IMG/VR virus record: IMGVR_UViG_3300007734_000750
DNA length: 64,000 nt
Reading direction: 5' to 3' (one strand)
From: an uncultured virus (IMG/VR IMGVR_UViG_3300007734_000750)
Lineage: Duplodnaviria; Heunggongvirae; Uroviricota; Caudoviricetes
Position numbers and translations under genes: made by a program. Below, piece after piece: positions 16,971 through 27,461 of the stretch. The notes under the pieces are model-generated. The model was not told the origin of the DNA and made no database searches. It saw only the letters and a program-made list of their open reading frames with translations. Numbering within the stretch: position 1 is the first letter of the stretch; every line of letters begins with the position of its first letter.

Positions 16971-18860
16971 ATGAAAAAATTAGTAACCTTACTATTTTTG
17001 TTTGTTGGTTTAATAGGTTCGGCACAGGTTTGTCCAACTCCTACTACAACAGGAGCTTTTGTAACACTTGATGCCACCTATCAACTAGCAACAACGGCTG
17101 CAGGTAGTACAGATGTTGGATTGTGTTTTTACAACAACACTTCACAACTTCTTACTGCCGCACAATTCAGGGTATTTTACGACAAGAACACCTTTTCAGG
17201 TGTCTCAACTGTAACTTCTTTGAATACTTCTTACGCACAGTATCTACAATTTGTAGATAACCCAACTGCGGGTTATGTGACAATCACAATGTCATATACT
17301 GGAAACTTATCCTCGTTTACGATACCAAATGGTGCGTTTGTTAAGTTAAACTTAACTCACGTTGCTGGTTTTGCATCGTTAACGTCTACAACACCAATGA
17401 CTTTTTCAGGTGTGCAAACATTCCCACAAACAGCTACGACTCAAGCGGGTATGGATTACGCATTGAATTTACAAAACTTTGGTGGTGTATTCTTGCAACA
17501 ATTGTTCTCATATAGTGGAACATTCACTAACGTAACCGGTTCAGGTGCTAAAAACATTCCTGTTATTTTAGAGAAAAAATTAATGACTGCTTCATCTTGG
17601 ACGACAGTAACAACTTCAACAACTGATGTTGATGGTAACTTTACATTTACAAATTTACCGATAGATATCACAAGTTGGGATGTTAGAATTAGAGTTGATG
17701 GGTCAACATTGGCAACAGGAAATATTATCTCTGTGTCTGATTCACAAAAAATCAATAGATTCGTGTTAGGTCAAGACGTACCTACAGGATTTGATTTTTA
17801 TACTGCTGACGCAAATGGTGATAATAACATTACTGTATCTGATGTTTATAGTGTATTCGGTAGAGTATCAGGAAGATTTACGGTTTGGCCTAACTTGGTT
17901 AAAGATGTTAAATTCTTCTCAGTTTCAGAATACGCGTCTATTAACGGTGCAACATCATCTTTACAATCCACAATTCCGGGTGTAACTGATTTAGTTTTCA
18001 ATATCTTACCAGGTTCTGCAAACTCAGTAACATTCTACGTTGCGGCTCCGGGAGATGCTAACGGTACAGGATTCCAAATGGCTCGTATGACTCCAATTGA
18101 AATTCTAAACCCTGCTAATGCTCCGTTACACATCATTGATGTTACTACAACATACGATGATAACACATTAAACACAATTGAGGTTCATTACCCAAACTTA
18201 TCTGTAAACACTGAGAACTTAGTTGAAATTCCTGTATCTGTGAAAACAAACGGACAACAATTAGGTTCATTACAATTGGCGATGAACTACGATAGTAACT
18301 TATTAGACTTTAGAGGTATTAAACTTGAATCAAAAATCGGAAATTGGGTTTCATTTATGAACCCTAATGGAAACGTTGTTGAATGGGGTGGATATGACCC
18401 AACTTTAAACACGAAATTGTTACAAGATAATGAATTGGCATTTACTCTACAATTCATTTCAAGACAAATTCAAAGTGATTGGGGTGTAAGTCCTTTATAT
18501 GTTACAAGAAAATATGCTGGTGACACTACTGCTAAAGATTTAAAAATAACACCAACAGACGGAATTGTTACAATTATGAAAGTTGGAGAAATTGGAACAT
18601 TATCAGGAGATATGATGGTTTATCCAAACCCTGTTGATGATTTAGTTAATGTTAAATTTAGAGTTACTGAAAATGGAAGTACTTGGTTAGGTTTATATTC
18701 TTTAGACGGAAAAGAACTTCAGGTTATTGTTAATAAATCAATGCCGAAGGGAGAATACTGTTATATGACAAGTTTAGGTTATTTACCAAGTGGTGAATAC
18801 GTAGCTGTGTTAAGAAAAAAAGATTTACCTGTTACATCAAAAATCATACTTAAAAAATAA
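16971..18860 (+). CDS. secreted cohesin/dockerin protein with T9SS C-terminal sorting domain
   Basis: signal peptide; ADANGDNNITVSD dockerin loop; VEIPV...LQLAMNYD cohesin-like; VYPNP...KIILKK CTD. Confidence 0.8.
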   Translation: MKKLVTLLFLFVGLIGSAQVCPTPTTTGAFVTLDATYQLATTAAGSTDVGLCFYNNTSQLLTAAQFRVFYDKNTFSGVSTVTSLNTSYAQYLQFVDNPTAGYVTITMSYTGNLSSFTIPNGAFVKLNLTHVAGFASLTSTTPMTFSGVQTFPQTATTQAGMDYALNLQNFGGVFLQQLFSYSGTFTNVTGSGAKNIPVILEKKLMTASSWTTVTTSTTDVDGNFTFTNLPIDITSWDVRIRVDGSTLATGNIISVSDSQKINRFVLGQDVPTGFDFYTADANGDNNITVSDVYSVFGRVSGRFTVWPNLVKDVKFFSVSEYASINGATSSLQSTIPGVTDLVFNILPGSANSVTFYVAAPGDANGTGFQMARMTPIEILNPANAPLHIIDVTTTYDDNTLNTIEVHYPNLSVNTENLVEIPVSVKTNGQQLGSLQLAMNYDSNLLDFRGIKLESKIGNWVSFMNPNGNVVEWGGYDPTLNTKLLQDNELAFTLQFISRQIQSDWGVSPLYVTRKYAGDTTAKDLKITPTDGIVTIMKVGEIGTLSGDMMVYPNPVDDLVNVKFRVTENGSTWLGLYSLDGKELQVIVNKSMPKGEYCYMTSLGYLPSGEYVAVLRKKDLPVTSKIILKK

Positions 18861-18923
18861 TTCACGGGGTCGTTAAGACCCCATAGCCTATATAAGGAAA
18901 ATAAACAATAAAAATTAAATAAA

Positions 18924-19262
18924 ATGTCAGAAGAAACAAATGCACCTGAATCAGACGGAACTTGGTCTGGGTTGAAAAAAACAATAATCGGAACCTTAAC
19001 TACTGTGGTAGCGGGGGGAGGTGTTTGGTTAAGTACGCAGCTTTTCGGTGGTCACTCTGAAGAAGAAGGTGGGGCAAAAACAGAACAAGCGGCTCCGGTA
19101 GCACCTATTGTAGTTAATGTTGCTAACAATAACACTAACCAACAAAAACAACAAGGTGGTGGAACAAATACTATTGTTAAAGAAAGAGTTATTGAGAAAG
19201 CGGCTCCTGCTCAATCAGCACCGGCAGCTCCTGCTAAACCAAAGGAAGAAGACCCTTGGTAA
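18924..19262 (+). CDS. membrane-anchored low-complexity protein
   Basis: one TM helix; N/Q/A/P-rich tail. Confidence 0.65.
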   Translation: MSEETNAPESDGTWSGLKKTIIGTLTTVVAGGGVWLSTQLFGGHSEEEGGAKTEQAAPVAPIVVNVANNNTNQQKQQGGGTNTIVKERVIEKAAPAQSAPAAPAKPKEEDPW

Positions 19263-19263
19263 G

Positions 19264-19977
19264 ATGAAGAAGTTATTTTTAATAACAACTTTATTGATTA
19301 GTTTTTTCTCTTTTAGTCAAACAATAGGTTCAGTTAAGACTGAGGACTATAAAGCAGACTTTGAAAAGAAACAATCTATTGAGGTGGTAAGTAATTATAC
19401 CGGAGACATTGTTATTCCAATACAGGTCTTAAAAATCGGTATAAACGAAGAACTATATGAGATGTATCCTGAGTTAAAAGACAAACGTGTCGGACTTGGG
19501 GTTGCAAATATTGTGTTAGAGTTTTTAGAATCAACAGATAGGTTTAAATTCACTGAAGATAAGGCGGAAATCAAAAATAAAATGATTGCCCAAGACAAAG
19601 CGTCTGATAAAGGTATATCAAGTAATAAGATTGAAGTTAAAGGTAATGTAATTTTAGCGAACTATTTTGTTTACATTGAAGTTTATGATTTTTCAGTATC
19701 TGAAGATGAGCAAATTAAAATGAAAGATGGTTCAAAAACAACTCAAACCACAAGATTAGGTTTACAAGTTAGATTTGTAGATGCTCAAACCGGAGAGATT
19801 TTCACAGGTAGTGGATTAGGAGAAGCTTCAACAGTTAAAACAGCATCATTATTAGATGGTCTTGATGAAATTAAATTTAACCAATCAACAATTGGTACAT
19901 CAACAAAAAAAGCTCTTGAAACGGCATCGTCAAGAGTGATAACTAAACTAATAAAAAAAGGTGTCTTTAAGAGTTAA
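19264..19977 (+). CDS. CsgG/HfaB-like secreted protein
   Basis: signal peptide; GLGVANI...DRF, LQVRFVDAQTGEI. Confidence 0.7.
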   Translation: MKKLFLITTLLISFFSFSQTIGSVKTEDYKADFEKKQSIEVVSNYTGDIVIPIQVLKIGINEELYEMYPELKDKRVGLGVANIVLEFLESTDRFKFTEDKAEIKNKMIAQDKASDKGISSNKIEVKGNVILANYFVYIEVYDFSVSEDEQIKMKDGSKTTQTTRLGLQVRFVDAQTGEIFTGSGLGEASTVKTASLLDGLDEIKFNQSTIGTSTKKALETASSRVITKLIKKGVFKS

Positions 19978-19984
19978 ATAAATT

Positions 19985-20335
19985 ATGAGTAAATTAGGAA
20001 AATTTTTAGGTGTTGGTAAACCAGAACCTGTTTTAGACAACAATAATAGATTCTATTATATGTTACAAGAAATGCAAAATAATCGTTGGAGAATTACCGC
20101 AATTGTGTTGGGTCTATTCACTCTAATCATTGTTGGTATCAACGCAGGTGTCTTTTTAGGTGCAACAATTGGTGAGGATTGGAAAGAAATGTTATTAATT
20201 TTATTAGGTGCTTTTGTAGGTAACTTAAATAAAGTTGTTGACTATTGGTTCAACTCTGAGGACAGAGATAAAATGTTAATTCAAAAAGTTGATGAAGAAG
20301 ATGGTGTTTCATTATCCTCAACATTAGAAAACTAA
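19985..20335 (+). CDS. two-TM membrane protein
   Basis: two hydrophobic helices; VVDYWF. Confidence 0.7.
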   Translation: MSKLGKFLGVGKPEPVLDNNNRFYYMLQEMQNNRWRITAIVLGLFTLIIVGINAGVFLGATIGEDWKEMLLILLGAFVGNLNKVVDYWFNSEDRDKMLIQKVDEEDGVSLSSTLEN

Positions 20336-20338
20336 AAA

Positions 20339-21856
20339 ATGATGATGAAAAAAGGTATTTTATTATTTCTTTTTTTAATCTCATCACTTTATTCGATGGG
20401 ACAGGGGTTTGTATATTCATACGATGACCCCTGTACGTCGAAAACAAAGGAAATTTATATAGATAACCCAAACGGGAATACAGCCTTATTTTACGGGGGT
20501 CAAACCCAAACATTCACCGGGGCTCAACTACAATCCGGAGCCGTCCAACAATGGATAAATCAAGTTAACTCTTCAAACCCATTAGGTCCCTGTAGTGGTG
20601 TTGGTTTAGCTCAAAATGTTACCGTGAACGCAACAATAGCATCAAATAATATTGGAGTATTAACAAGTGTTTTATCAACACTATCAAGTATTACGTCAAT
20701 GGCAGCCACTGTCACAACTTCAACCGTATCATCTATTGGAGGTTCCACAATTGGGGGAGTTGTCCAAGCGGATGAAAAAGTTACTGATAACAATAATAAT
20801 AGTAACGAGAATAAGGATAAAAGTAATAACAATACTAATGGAAATTCAACAACTAATAATAACGGAGGAAATTCAACAACTACTAACGGAAATACAGGAA
20901 CTTCGCAAGGCGGGGGAAATCAAAACGCTAGTTCAGGAGTTGAAGGAAGTCCTAATTCTCAAGGAGGAACAACTACAAGTTCAAATAACTCAACTGCAGC
21001 AGGAGAACAAACGTCTCAGTCATCTGTAACACCAAATACTAATAACTCCACAACATCAAATACTAATAACTCCACAGAAAGTGGTGGAGGAGGGGCAAAC
21101 TTATCAGGAGGAGCAAACGCGGTAAAGGCTGATACTAACGAGAAAAACGAAAAACAAGAACAAGCAAAAGAAGATGCTCAAACTTCTTCGTCTCAAAGTT
21201 CATCAGGAACTAAAAGTAAAGTTGCTGCCGTTAAACAAGGTAGTGTTATGATGACCGGTGATATTGTAACAATTGCGAGTGCAAGTGCGGGAGACCCAAC
21301 TCAAGTTAAGATTAACTCAAGTATTATTATGTCTAACACTAAAAACACATTTGCAAAAGGTGCGTTAATTAATTTTACAAGTTCGGTTAACAATTCAAAC
21401 ATAACATTATTTATGTCATTTAGAAAAAAAAAGTTAACTACAATTTTCGCTAATTCAACAATGATGAATTTTGAAAAAGATTTGTTTAACACAACATCTA
21501 TTATGGAATCTTATCAATACCATAAAATAACGGGTACTGTTGGACTTAATCTAACTACGGGTAATATTGGGGATTCAAAATTCCAAAGTATCTCTACATT
21601 GGCGGGTCTTATTGGAACTTTTAAAGTTAATAAGAATTTTGGGATGACCACAATGTTTGTTATGGTGTATTCACCGTATGTTTTTTTCTATGAAGGGATG
21701 TGGAATCAATCAGGGTATATTGCGGTACCATTTGTTGCTATAGATTACAAATTAACTAAAAAATTTAAGTTAAACATGAGTTTTAGTGGTGTAAACCAAT
21801 TAAACGATAAAACATTAAACTATCAGGTCCTATTGGGGGCTAAAGCATTTTTATGA
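20339..21856 (+). CDS. secreted protein with N/S/T/G-rich linker and probable C-terminal beta-barrel
   Basis: signal peptide; long low-complexity middle; alternating beta pattern in C-terminus. Confidence 0.65.
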   Translation: MMMKKGILLFLFLISSLYSMGQGFVYSYDDPCTSKTKEIYIDNPNGNTALFYGGQTQTFTGAQLQSGAVQQWINQVNSSNPLGPCSGVGLAQNVTVNATIASNNIGVLTSVLSTLSSITSMAATVTTSTVSSIGGSTIGGVVQADEKVTDNNNNSNENKDKSNNNTNGNSTTNNNGGNSTTTNGNTGTSQGGGNQNASSGVEGSPNSQGGTTTSSNNSTAAGEQTSQSSVTPNTNNSTTSNTNNSTESGGGGANLSGGANAVKADTNEKNEKQEQAKEDAQTSSSQSSSGTKSKVAAVKQGSVMMTGDIVTIASASAGDPTQVKINSSIIMSNTKNTFAKGALINFTSSVNNSNITLFMSFRKKKLTTIFANSTMMNFEKDLFNTTSIMESYQYHKITGTVGLNLTTGNIGDSKFQSISTLAGLIGTFKVNKNFGMTTMFVMVYSPYVFFYEGMWNQSGYIAVPFVAIDYKLTKKFKLNMSFSGVNQLNDKTLNYQVLLGAKAFL

Positions 21857-22302
21857 AAAAATTATTATTACTTATCGGGTTATTATTAATAACAACATCC
21901 TATTCTCAAAAATGTTATTCAGTAACAAATGTTGAGAATAACGGAGAAATTGAGGGGGTTAGTCCTAAAAGATTTACATTAGGTGTAAAACAAATAACTG
22001 AAGAAATCTTATCGGTTAAACATTCTATTTGTGAGAATGGTAAACCGGTTGAGGTTGTTATTTTAAGTATTGAAGCACCATCAACAGGATTATCTTTAGG
22101 ACCGTTTGAGAAAAAAAGAAAGAAAACTATTGTTAAAGTAAAAATCACTGTAGATGGTGATGATTATTTTGGACAAGGAGATTCAAATACTGATGTTCAA
22201 TCAACATTTATTGAATTACAGGATGAGAATTTACCATTTGAAAAATCTAATTTCTCATCGGCTTTAAAGAAAGGAATCCAAGAGGCGTTATCTGATTTTT
22301 AA
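21853..22302 (+). CDS. secreted hypothetical protein
   Basis: signal peptide ending YS-Q. Confidence 0.7.
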   Translation: MKKLLLLIGLLLITTSYSQKCYSVTNVENNGEIEGVSPKRFTLGVKQITEEILSVKHSICENGKPVEVVILSIEAPSTGLSLGPFEKKRKKTIVKVKITVDGDDYFGQGDSNTDVQSTFIELQDENLPFEKSNFSSALKKGIQEALSDF

Positions 22303-23969
22303 TGAAACATTTATTTTTTATATTATTCTTTTTCATATGTTCTTTAATGTGTGGGCAAACTCTTACATATTCGGGATACATTTATAATGCGGGTGGTTTA
22401 GGTGCGTCAAATGTCCCTGTTAAATTATATAAAAGAACAACACCAACATTGGTTGGATTTACATCTCAAACAAATTATAACGGACACTCGTATTATCGTT
22501 CAACAGGAACTGCAACTTGGACAGGGGCTAAAGCGTCTTGTGAAAGTATGAATGGTCACTTAGTTACAATGTCTAATGCTGCGGAAAATACATTTGTATA
22601 TAATACTTGGTCAAGTGGTTGGATTGGTTATTATCAAGATAGAGTTGCAGGATTTGCCTATTCAGAACCTTTAGGTGGGTATAGATGGACAGAACTTCCG
22701 GTATCAACAAATCTACAAGCGGATTACGATGTGGCTTCATATACCTCAGGAACATCATTAGTAGACATTAAAAATGGTGTTAACGCCACATTAACAAATT
22801 CACCAACCTATACTAGTACATCCGGAAAGTATTTGACATTTAACGGGACTAACCAATATGGTATTACAAATAATTTAGCGTCAAAAGTTCCTGGTGTGAC
22901 AACATCTTTAATGGTTTGGATATATCCTACAGGAAATGGTGTTATCGTGACAGAATTGGGGTCAGGTAGTACATCTTCAGGGTGGCACGATTCTCAAATT
23001 GAAATAACCGGTGGTAATACATTAAGAGTTGGTGTGTGGGGTCAATCAGGGAATTTATCTACACCTATCACATTGAATGCTTGGCATTTAGTTGGGTTTA
23101 CTTATGATGGGACAACATTAACAGGATATAAAGATGGTGCTAGTTTTTCATCTGCAACAGTATCACGACAAGCTCCAGTTCAAAATGGAAATGGACTGTA
23201 TTATGGGATAGGATTAACTGACTCAACCAATTTAGGTTCAGGTGCTTATGGAGCGTTTAGATTAGGAGACTTTCAAGTTTTTAGTAGAGGTATAACTGCA
23301 GATGAAGTAAATAGAATGTATAATTTATATTCTTATAGATATGGAATTTATCCATACTCAAATTGGAATGGGGGTGAACCTAATGATTCGGGTGGAGAAG
23401 ACTACATTCAATTTGTTAGTGGTGGTAAATGGAATGACTTAAATAATAATAGTTCTTTAAACTATGTGTTGGAATTTGATTATATAAATGATTACACGCC
23501 TTGGGCTTTATATAAAACCGTATATACAGATGCAACCGGAAAATACACAATTAGTGAAACAACAAATCCAGCAACGGAATGGTATTTTGTTATTGATGCC
23601 CCAACTCCGGTAACATCATTACAAAATAGTGATGCTTATGGTGCAAATACTAAGGCAATATCAAGAACATTCACCTCATTAGATTATTATCGTTATGATG
23701 TTAATAATGATGGTAGAATTAACATATCTGACGCATATTACATCTTTATGAAGAAGTTAGGTAAATTAACAACTTGGGGAACTTCGTTACCTAATAAACG
23801 ACTTTTTACATCAACAGAATATACAACAATAAATTCATCAACATCAGATTTACGTTCAACCTATGTTGGTAGTCAAAGTATAACAATAACCTCTCCGGTA
23901 AGTGGAGGTTCATCAAATTATTATTTAGTTAATACCGGTTATTCAAATTCAACAACAATCGGATATTAA
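22302..23969 (+). CDS. secreted C-type lectin/LamG protein with dockerin-like C-terminus
   Basis: C-lectin (TWTGAKASC, WIG, WNGGEPN, WNDL) interrupted by LamG (WHLVGFTYDG); YDVNNDGRINISD. Confidence 0.78.
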   Translation: MKHLFFILFFFICSLMCGQTLTYSGYIYNAGGLGASNVPVKLYKRTTPTLVGFTSQTNYNGHSYYRSTGTATWTGAKASCESMNGHLVTMSNAAENTFVYNTWSSGWIGYYQDRVAGFAYSEPLGGYRWTELPVSTNLQADYDVASYTSGTSLVDIKNGVNATLTNSPTYTSTSGKYLTFNGTNQYGITNNLASKVPGVTTSLMVWIYPTGNGVIVTELGSGSTSSGWHDSQIEITGGNTLRVGVWGQSGNLSTPITLNAWHLVGFTYDGTTLTGYKDGASFSSATVSRQAPVQNGNGLYYGIGLTDSTNLGSGAYGAFRLGDFQVFSRGITADEVNRMYNLYSYRYGIYPYSNWNGGEPNDSGGEDYIQFVSGGKWNDLNNNSSLNYVLEFDYINDYTPWALYKTVYTDATGKYTISETTNPATEWYFVIDAPTPVTSLQNSDAYGANTKAISRTFTSLDYYRYDVNNDGRINISDAYYIFMKKLGKLTTWGTSLPNKRLFTSTEYTTINSSTSDLRSTYVGSQSITITSPVSGGSSNYYLVNTGYSNSTTIGY

Positions 23970-24009
23970 GATATTTATGAATAAATAAACAATTGTAAAA
24001 TTAAAAATT

Positions 24010-24831
24010 ATGTTATTAAAAGTAGGCTCAAAAGGAGACGATGTTAAAAAACTACAGGCTAAATTAGGAACCGCTGCGGATGGAACTTTTGGACCTGGAA
24101 CAGAAAAATTGGTTAAGGAATGGCAAGCCAAAAATGGATTAACTGCTGACGGAATTGTTGGTGACGGAACTTGGTCAAAAATGTTTGCGGGTGAAGTAAT
24201 AAAAGAAGATGTTGTAATACCTACAGGTAGTGGATTCAAACTTGATAGTTTGAAAGGACATATTCCTGAGGCGGTAATTGCTCAGATTCCTGACACTGCA
24301 AAAAAATTCAACATTACTAACCCATTAAGATTGGCTCACTTCTTGGCTCAATGTGGTCACGAATCAGGTGGATTTAAAGCGGTATCAGAAAATGTTAACT
24401 ATTCTGCGGATGGTCTTAAAAAGATATTCCCAAAATACTTTCCTGGTAACTTAGCGGAATCTTACGCAAGAAACCCTGAAAAAATCGCATCAAAAGTATA
24501 TGGTGGAAGAATGGGTAATGGAGATGAATCAACAAAAGATGGTTTCAAATTCAGAGGAAGAGGTTATATCCAATTAACAGGAAAAGATAACTATAAAAAC
24601 TTCGCAAAATTCATTGGAGAAGATACTATTGCAAACCCTGATTTGGTTGCGACAAAATATCCATTGGCTTCAGCGGCATTCTTTTTTGACTCAAATAAAT
24701 TATGGGCTATCTGTGATAAAGGAGCGGATGACGCTACTGTAACTGCGGTAACAAAAAGAGTAAATGGGGGAACTATCGGTTTACCTGATAGAATAAAACA
24801 CTTCAAAGAATACTATAACTTATTAAAGTAA
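24010..24831 (+). CDS. endolysin: peptidoglycan-binding domain + GH19
   Basis: ADGIVGDGTW PG-binding; AHFLAQCGHESGGF, FRGRGYIQLTG, TKRVNGG. Confidence 0.92.
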   Translation: MLLKVGSKGDDVKKLQAKLGTAADGTFGPGTEKLVKEWQAKNGLTADGIVGDGTWSKMFAGEVIKEDVVIPTGSGFKLDSLKGHIPEAVIAQIPDTAKKFNITNPLRLAHFLAQCGHESGGFKAVSENVNYSADGLKKIFPKYFPGNLAESYARNPEKIASKVYGGRMGNGDESTKDGFKFRGRGYIQLTGKDNYKNFAKFIGEDTIANPDLVATKYPLASAAFFFDSNKLWAICDKGADDATVTAVTKRVNGGTIGLPDRIKHFKEYYNLLK

Positions 24832-24899
24832 TAAACTAACCCTTCTGAAAAGAGGGGTTTTTTATTTTTTAAAGTATTTATAGTAATAAATAAATATTA

Positions 24900-26183
24900 A
24901 TGGACATTTTAGTAACTTTTAAACAAATAAATAATCTAACCAAACAGTTAAAACTAACTGAAGATATTGATTTAAATAAAAATGTAGATTTTTCAAAGGT
25001 TTCATCATTAGATGATTTAAAAACCGCCGTGACATCAACAGGGTTACAGCACGGTGAAGAAACTAAAACAAGAAATAGAAGCCTTGAGTTACGTAAAATG
25101 TTATCGGCAATAGATAAGTTGGAAGATAAAGAAATCTTTGAAAAGTATTTTACCAAATTATCCGACTTAATATCCACATATAAAAAAGGTTCGTTTTCCC
25201 TTAAAAAATTATCTGAAATTATTATTGATTTATCTAATAAAGATATGAACGTTGCAAAACAACAAATCGAAGATATTATTAAAATATTTGAAGACCCAAG
25301 ATTTGCGGAAAAACATAAGAAAAAATTAATTTCAATATTAACAAGTAGTGGTTCTGTAGATTTAGATAAATTTTATGATGAAACTAAAAGAGCTTACGCA
25401 GATTATGAAAACTCATTTGCGGAAGGACCGTATAGTCCATTTAGTATTTATCGTACATCACCTCAATTAAAGGTATTATTATCTCAAGATTCATCTTATA
25501 ATAATATAACAATATCTGCAGCGGAATTTAATGAACAATCTTCGGATATTTCAAAAGTAATCTACCTTATTCAAAAATTATCATCGGGAAAATTTTATGG
25601 AAACCCTAATGAAAGTATTATTCGAATAATTTCATCATTAAATTTTACGTTTAATTTTGATTATTCACCAAGTAATGTTAAGGCGGACTTAATACTTAGA
25701 GAATCGTTATTATTTGAGGATAGAATGTTTAGAAAAACAACACAGATTGCTAAAAAAGATAGTTTTATTGAGGTTAAATATAAGCCGTTTAGTGAACCAA
25801 GTTATTTATCTGAATTTTTTAAAGTAGACGCGTCAAGTGTTAATGCAACTTTAATTGAAGAAGAATTATCTAAAATTCCTAAAGTTGATAACGTTAGAGA
25901 AACCTTTAAAATTTTTATGTCTACTCTTTCAGAAAATTTAAGAAATACAATTGAATCTACTGAAGGAGATAGGATTATAGACCATTTAACTAATAATTTA
26001 TCCGGAATAATATTTAAAGATAATATTTTTATCTCAAAAAAAGACATAAGGTTTTATTGGAATAATATTGGTTACGCAAAACGAAGTAGATTATCTATAT
26101 GGTATGAAGTATCGGATAGTCCGGATATGTATAAAATTTCTTCAACCTTACAAGGGTTTTCAAGATTTGTATTTAAACCATAA
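24900..26183 (+). CDS. hypothetical protein
   Basis: 427-aa ORF after TATTTAT. Confidence 0.75.
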   Translation: MDILVTFKQINNLTKQLKLTEDIDLNKNVDFSKVSSLDDLKTAVTSTGLQHGEETKTRNRSLELRKMLSAIDKLEDKEIFEKYFTKLSDLISTYKKGSFSLKKLSEIIIDLSNKDMNVAKQQIEDIIKIFEDPRFAEKHKKKLISILTSSGSVDLDKFYDETKRAYADYENSFAEGPYSPFSIYRTSPQLKVLLSQDSSYNNITISAAEFNEQSSDISKVIYLIQKLSSGKFYGNPNESIIRIISSLNFTFNFDYSPSNVKADLILRESLLFEDRMFRKTTQIAKKDSFIEVKYKPFSEPSYLSEFFKVDASSVNATLIEEELSKIPKVDNVRETFKIFMSTLSENLRNTIESTEGDRIIDHLTNNLSGIIFKDNIFISKKDIRFYWNNIGYAKRSRLSIWYEVSDSPDMYKISSTLQGFSRFVFKP

Positions 26184-26191
26184 AGAATTAT

Positions 26192-26473
26192 ATGGAAAAT
26201 AAAGAGAGTGTTGGTGGATTTATGGATACGTTTTTATCCAAACTTAAAGAACAATCCTTTACCATTATTGTTATGGTGGGAATCATTTGGTATCAAGGTA
26301 GAATGATGGAAGAAAGAGTTGCTTATTGGCAAAAGTTATATGAAGAAAAAGAATCTTATATTGAACAAACTACAAAGGACGATAAAGAAATTATGTTGGA
26401 AAGAATTAAGTATCTTCAAGACCAAAGAGACAAGTATGTTGAAGAGTCATTAAATGAATTAAAAGATAAATAA
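26192..26473 (+). CDS. TM + coiled-coil protein (holin-like candidate)
   Basis: one TM segment and charged tail, near endolysin. Confidence 0.5.
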   Translation: MENKESVGGFMDTFLSKLKEQSFTIIVMVGIIWYQGRMMEERVAYWQKLYEEKESYIEQTTKDDKEIMLERIKYLQDQRDKYVEESLNELKDK

Positions 26474-26480
26474 ATAAATT

Positions 26481-27425
26481 ATGAAAAAACACGCAAATTT
26501 TAAACAAAACAACAAAGCTGAAGCACATTCAAATGGAACTTCAGGTGGTGCATCAATTGATACCACAACTACTGCGTCAGCAGGTGTATCAACGGGAGAT
26601 GAAAACGCGTCAATCGGTATTGAGGCGTCGGTTAAAACCGGAACAGAGGCATCCGTAGAGGGTGGATTAGATGGTAATAATGTCTATGTTGAGGCAAATT
26701 ATTCAGATACAACTGAAGCACACGTAACAGTAGAGGGACAGGCTAACGATGAAGGTTTTGGTGCTAGTGGTACTGTGGATGCGTATGTTAAAACAGGAAA
26801 TGAAGCGAGTCTTGAAGTAAGAGCGGGTGATGAAGGAGTTGTTGCAAACGGAAGTGTATCCGCTGGAAGTTCAGTTGGTGTAGATGGAGAAGGAACTTTA
26901 GATTTAAGAGAAGGTTCTGTAACTGCAGGTGCTGGTGTATCAGTTGGAGAACAAGTTGGTGTTGGCGGAGGTGGTGAAGCCACTTTTGTTGATGGTGTTG
27001 CAACTGTTGGAGTTAGTGGTGAAGTCGCCGTTTTACTTGGGGTTGATGTTGACGTAAGTGTTAGTATAGATACAAACCAAATTGCTGAAGACGCTAGATT
27101 GGCGGCTGAACAAGCGGAACTTGCCGCGGCTGAAGCTCAAGTATTAGCTGAGGCTGCACGACAAGAATCTGAACGACTTGCAAAAATCGCTCAAGAAGAA
27201 ACTGAAAGAAAAGCGAGAGAAGCTCAAGAAGAATTTGATAGACAAGCGAAAGCGGCTAAAGAAGAAACTGAAAGATTGGCAAGAATTGCTCAGGAAGAGA
27301 CTGAAAGAAAGGCGAGAGAAGCTCAAGCAGAACTTGACAGACAGGCAAGAGCGGCACAAGATGAACTTGATAGAATTGCGAGAGAGGCTAGTAAATCAAA
27401 ATGGAACCCAAGAAATTGGTTTTAA
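26481..27425 (+). CDS. Gly/Val/Ala beta-repeat protein with coiled-coil tail
   Basis: repeated short beta strands; duplicated 33-aa ERLA.IAQEETERKAREAQ unit. Confidence 0.75.
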   Translation: MKKHANFKQNNKAEAHSNGTSGGASIDTTTTASAGVSTGDENASIGIEASVKTGTEASVEGGLDGNNVYVEANYSDTTEAHVTVEGQANDEGFGASGTVDAYVKTGNEASLEVRAGDEGVVANGSVSAGSSVGVDGEGTLDLREGSVTAGAGVSVGEQVGVGGGGEATFVDGVATVGVSGEVAVLLGVDVDVSVSIDTNQIAEDARLAAEQAELAAAEAQVLAEAARQESERLAKIAQEETERKAREAQEEFDRQAKAAKEETERLARIAQEETERKAREAQAELDRQARAAQDELDRIAREASKSKWNPRNWF

Positions 27426-27461
27426 TTTTTAACAATATATTTATTATAAAAAACAATTAAA

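Noticed and set aside
20790..21210. Asn/Ser/Gly-rich stretch as curli amyloid repeats
   Set aside because: Lacks the regular CsgA repeat spacing; more likely a disordered linker.
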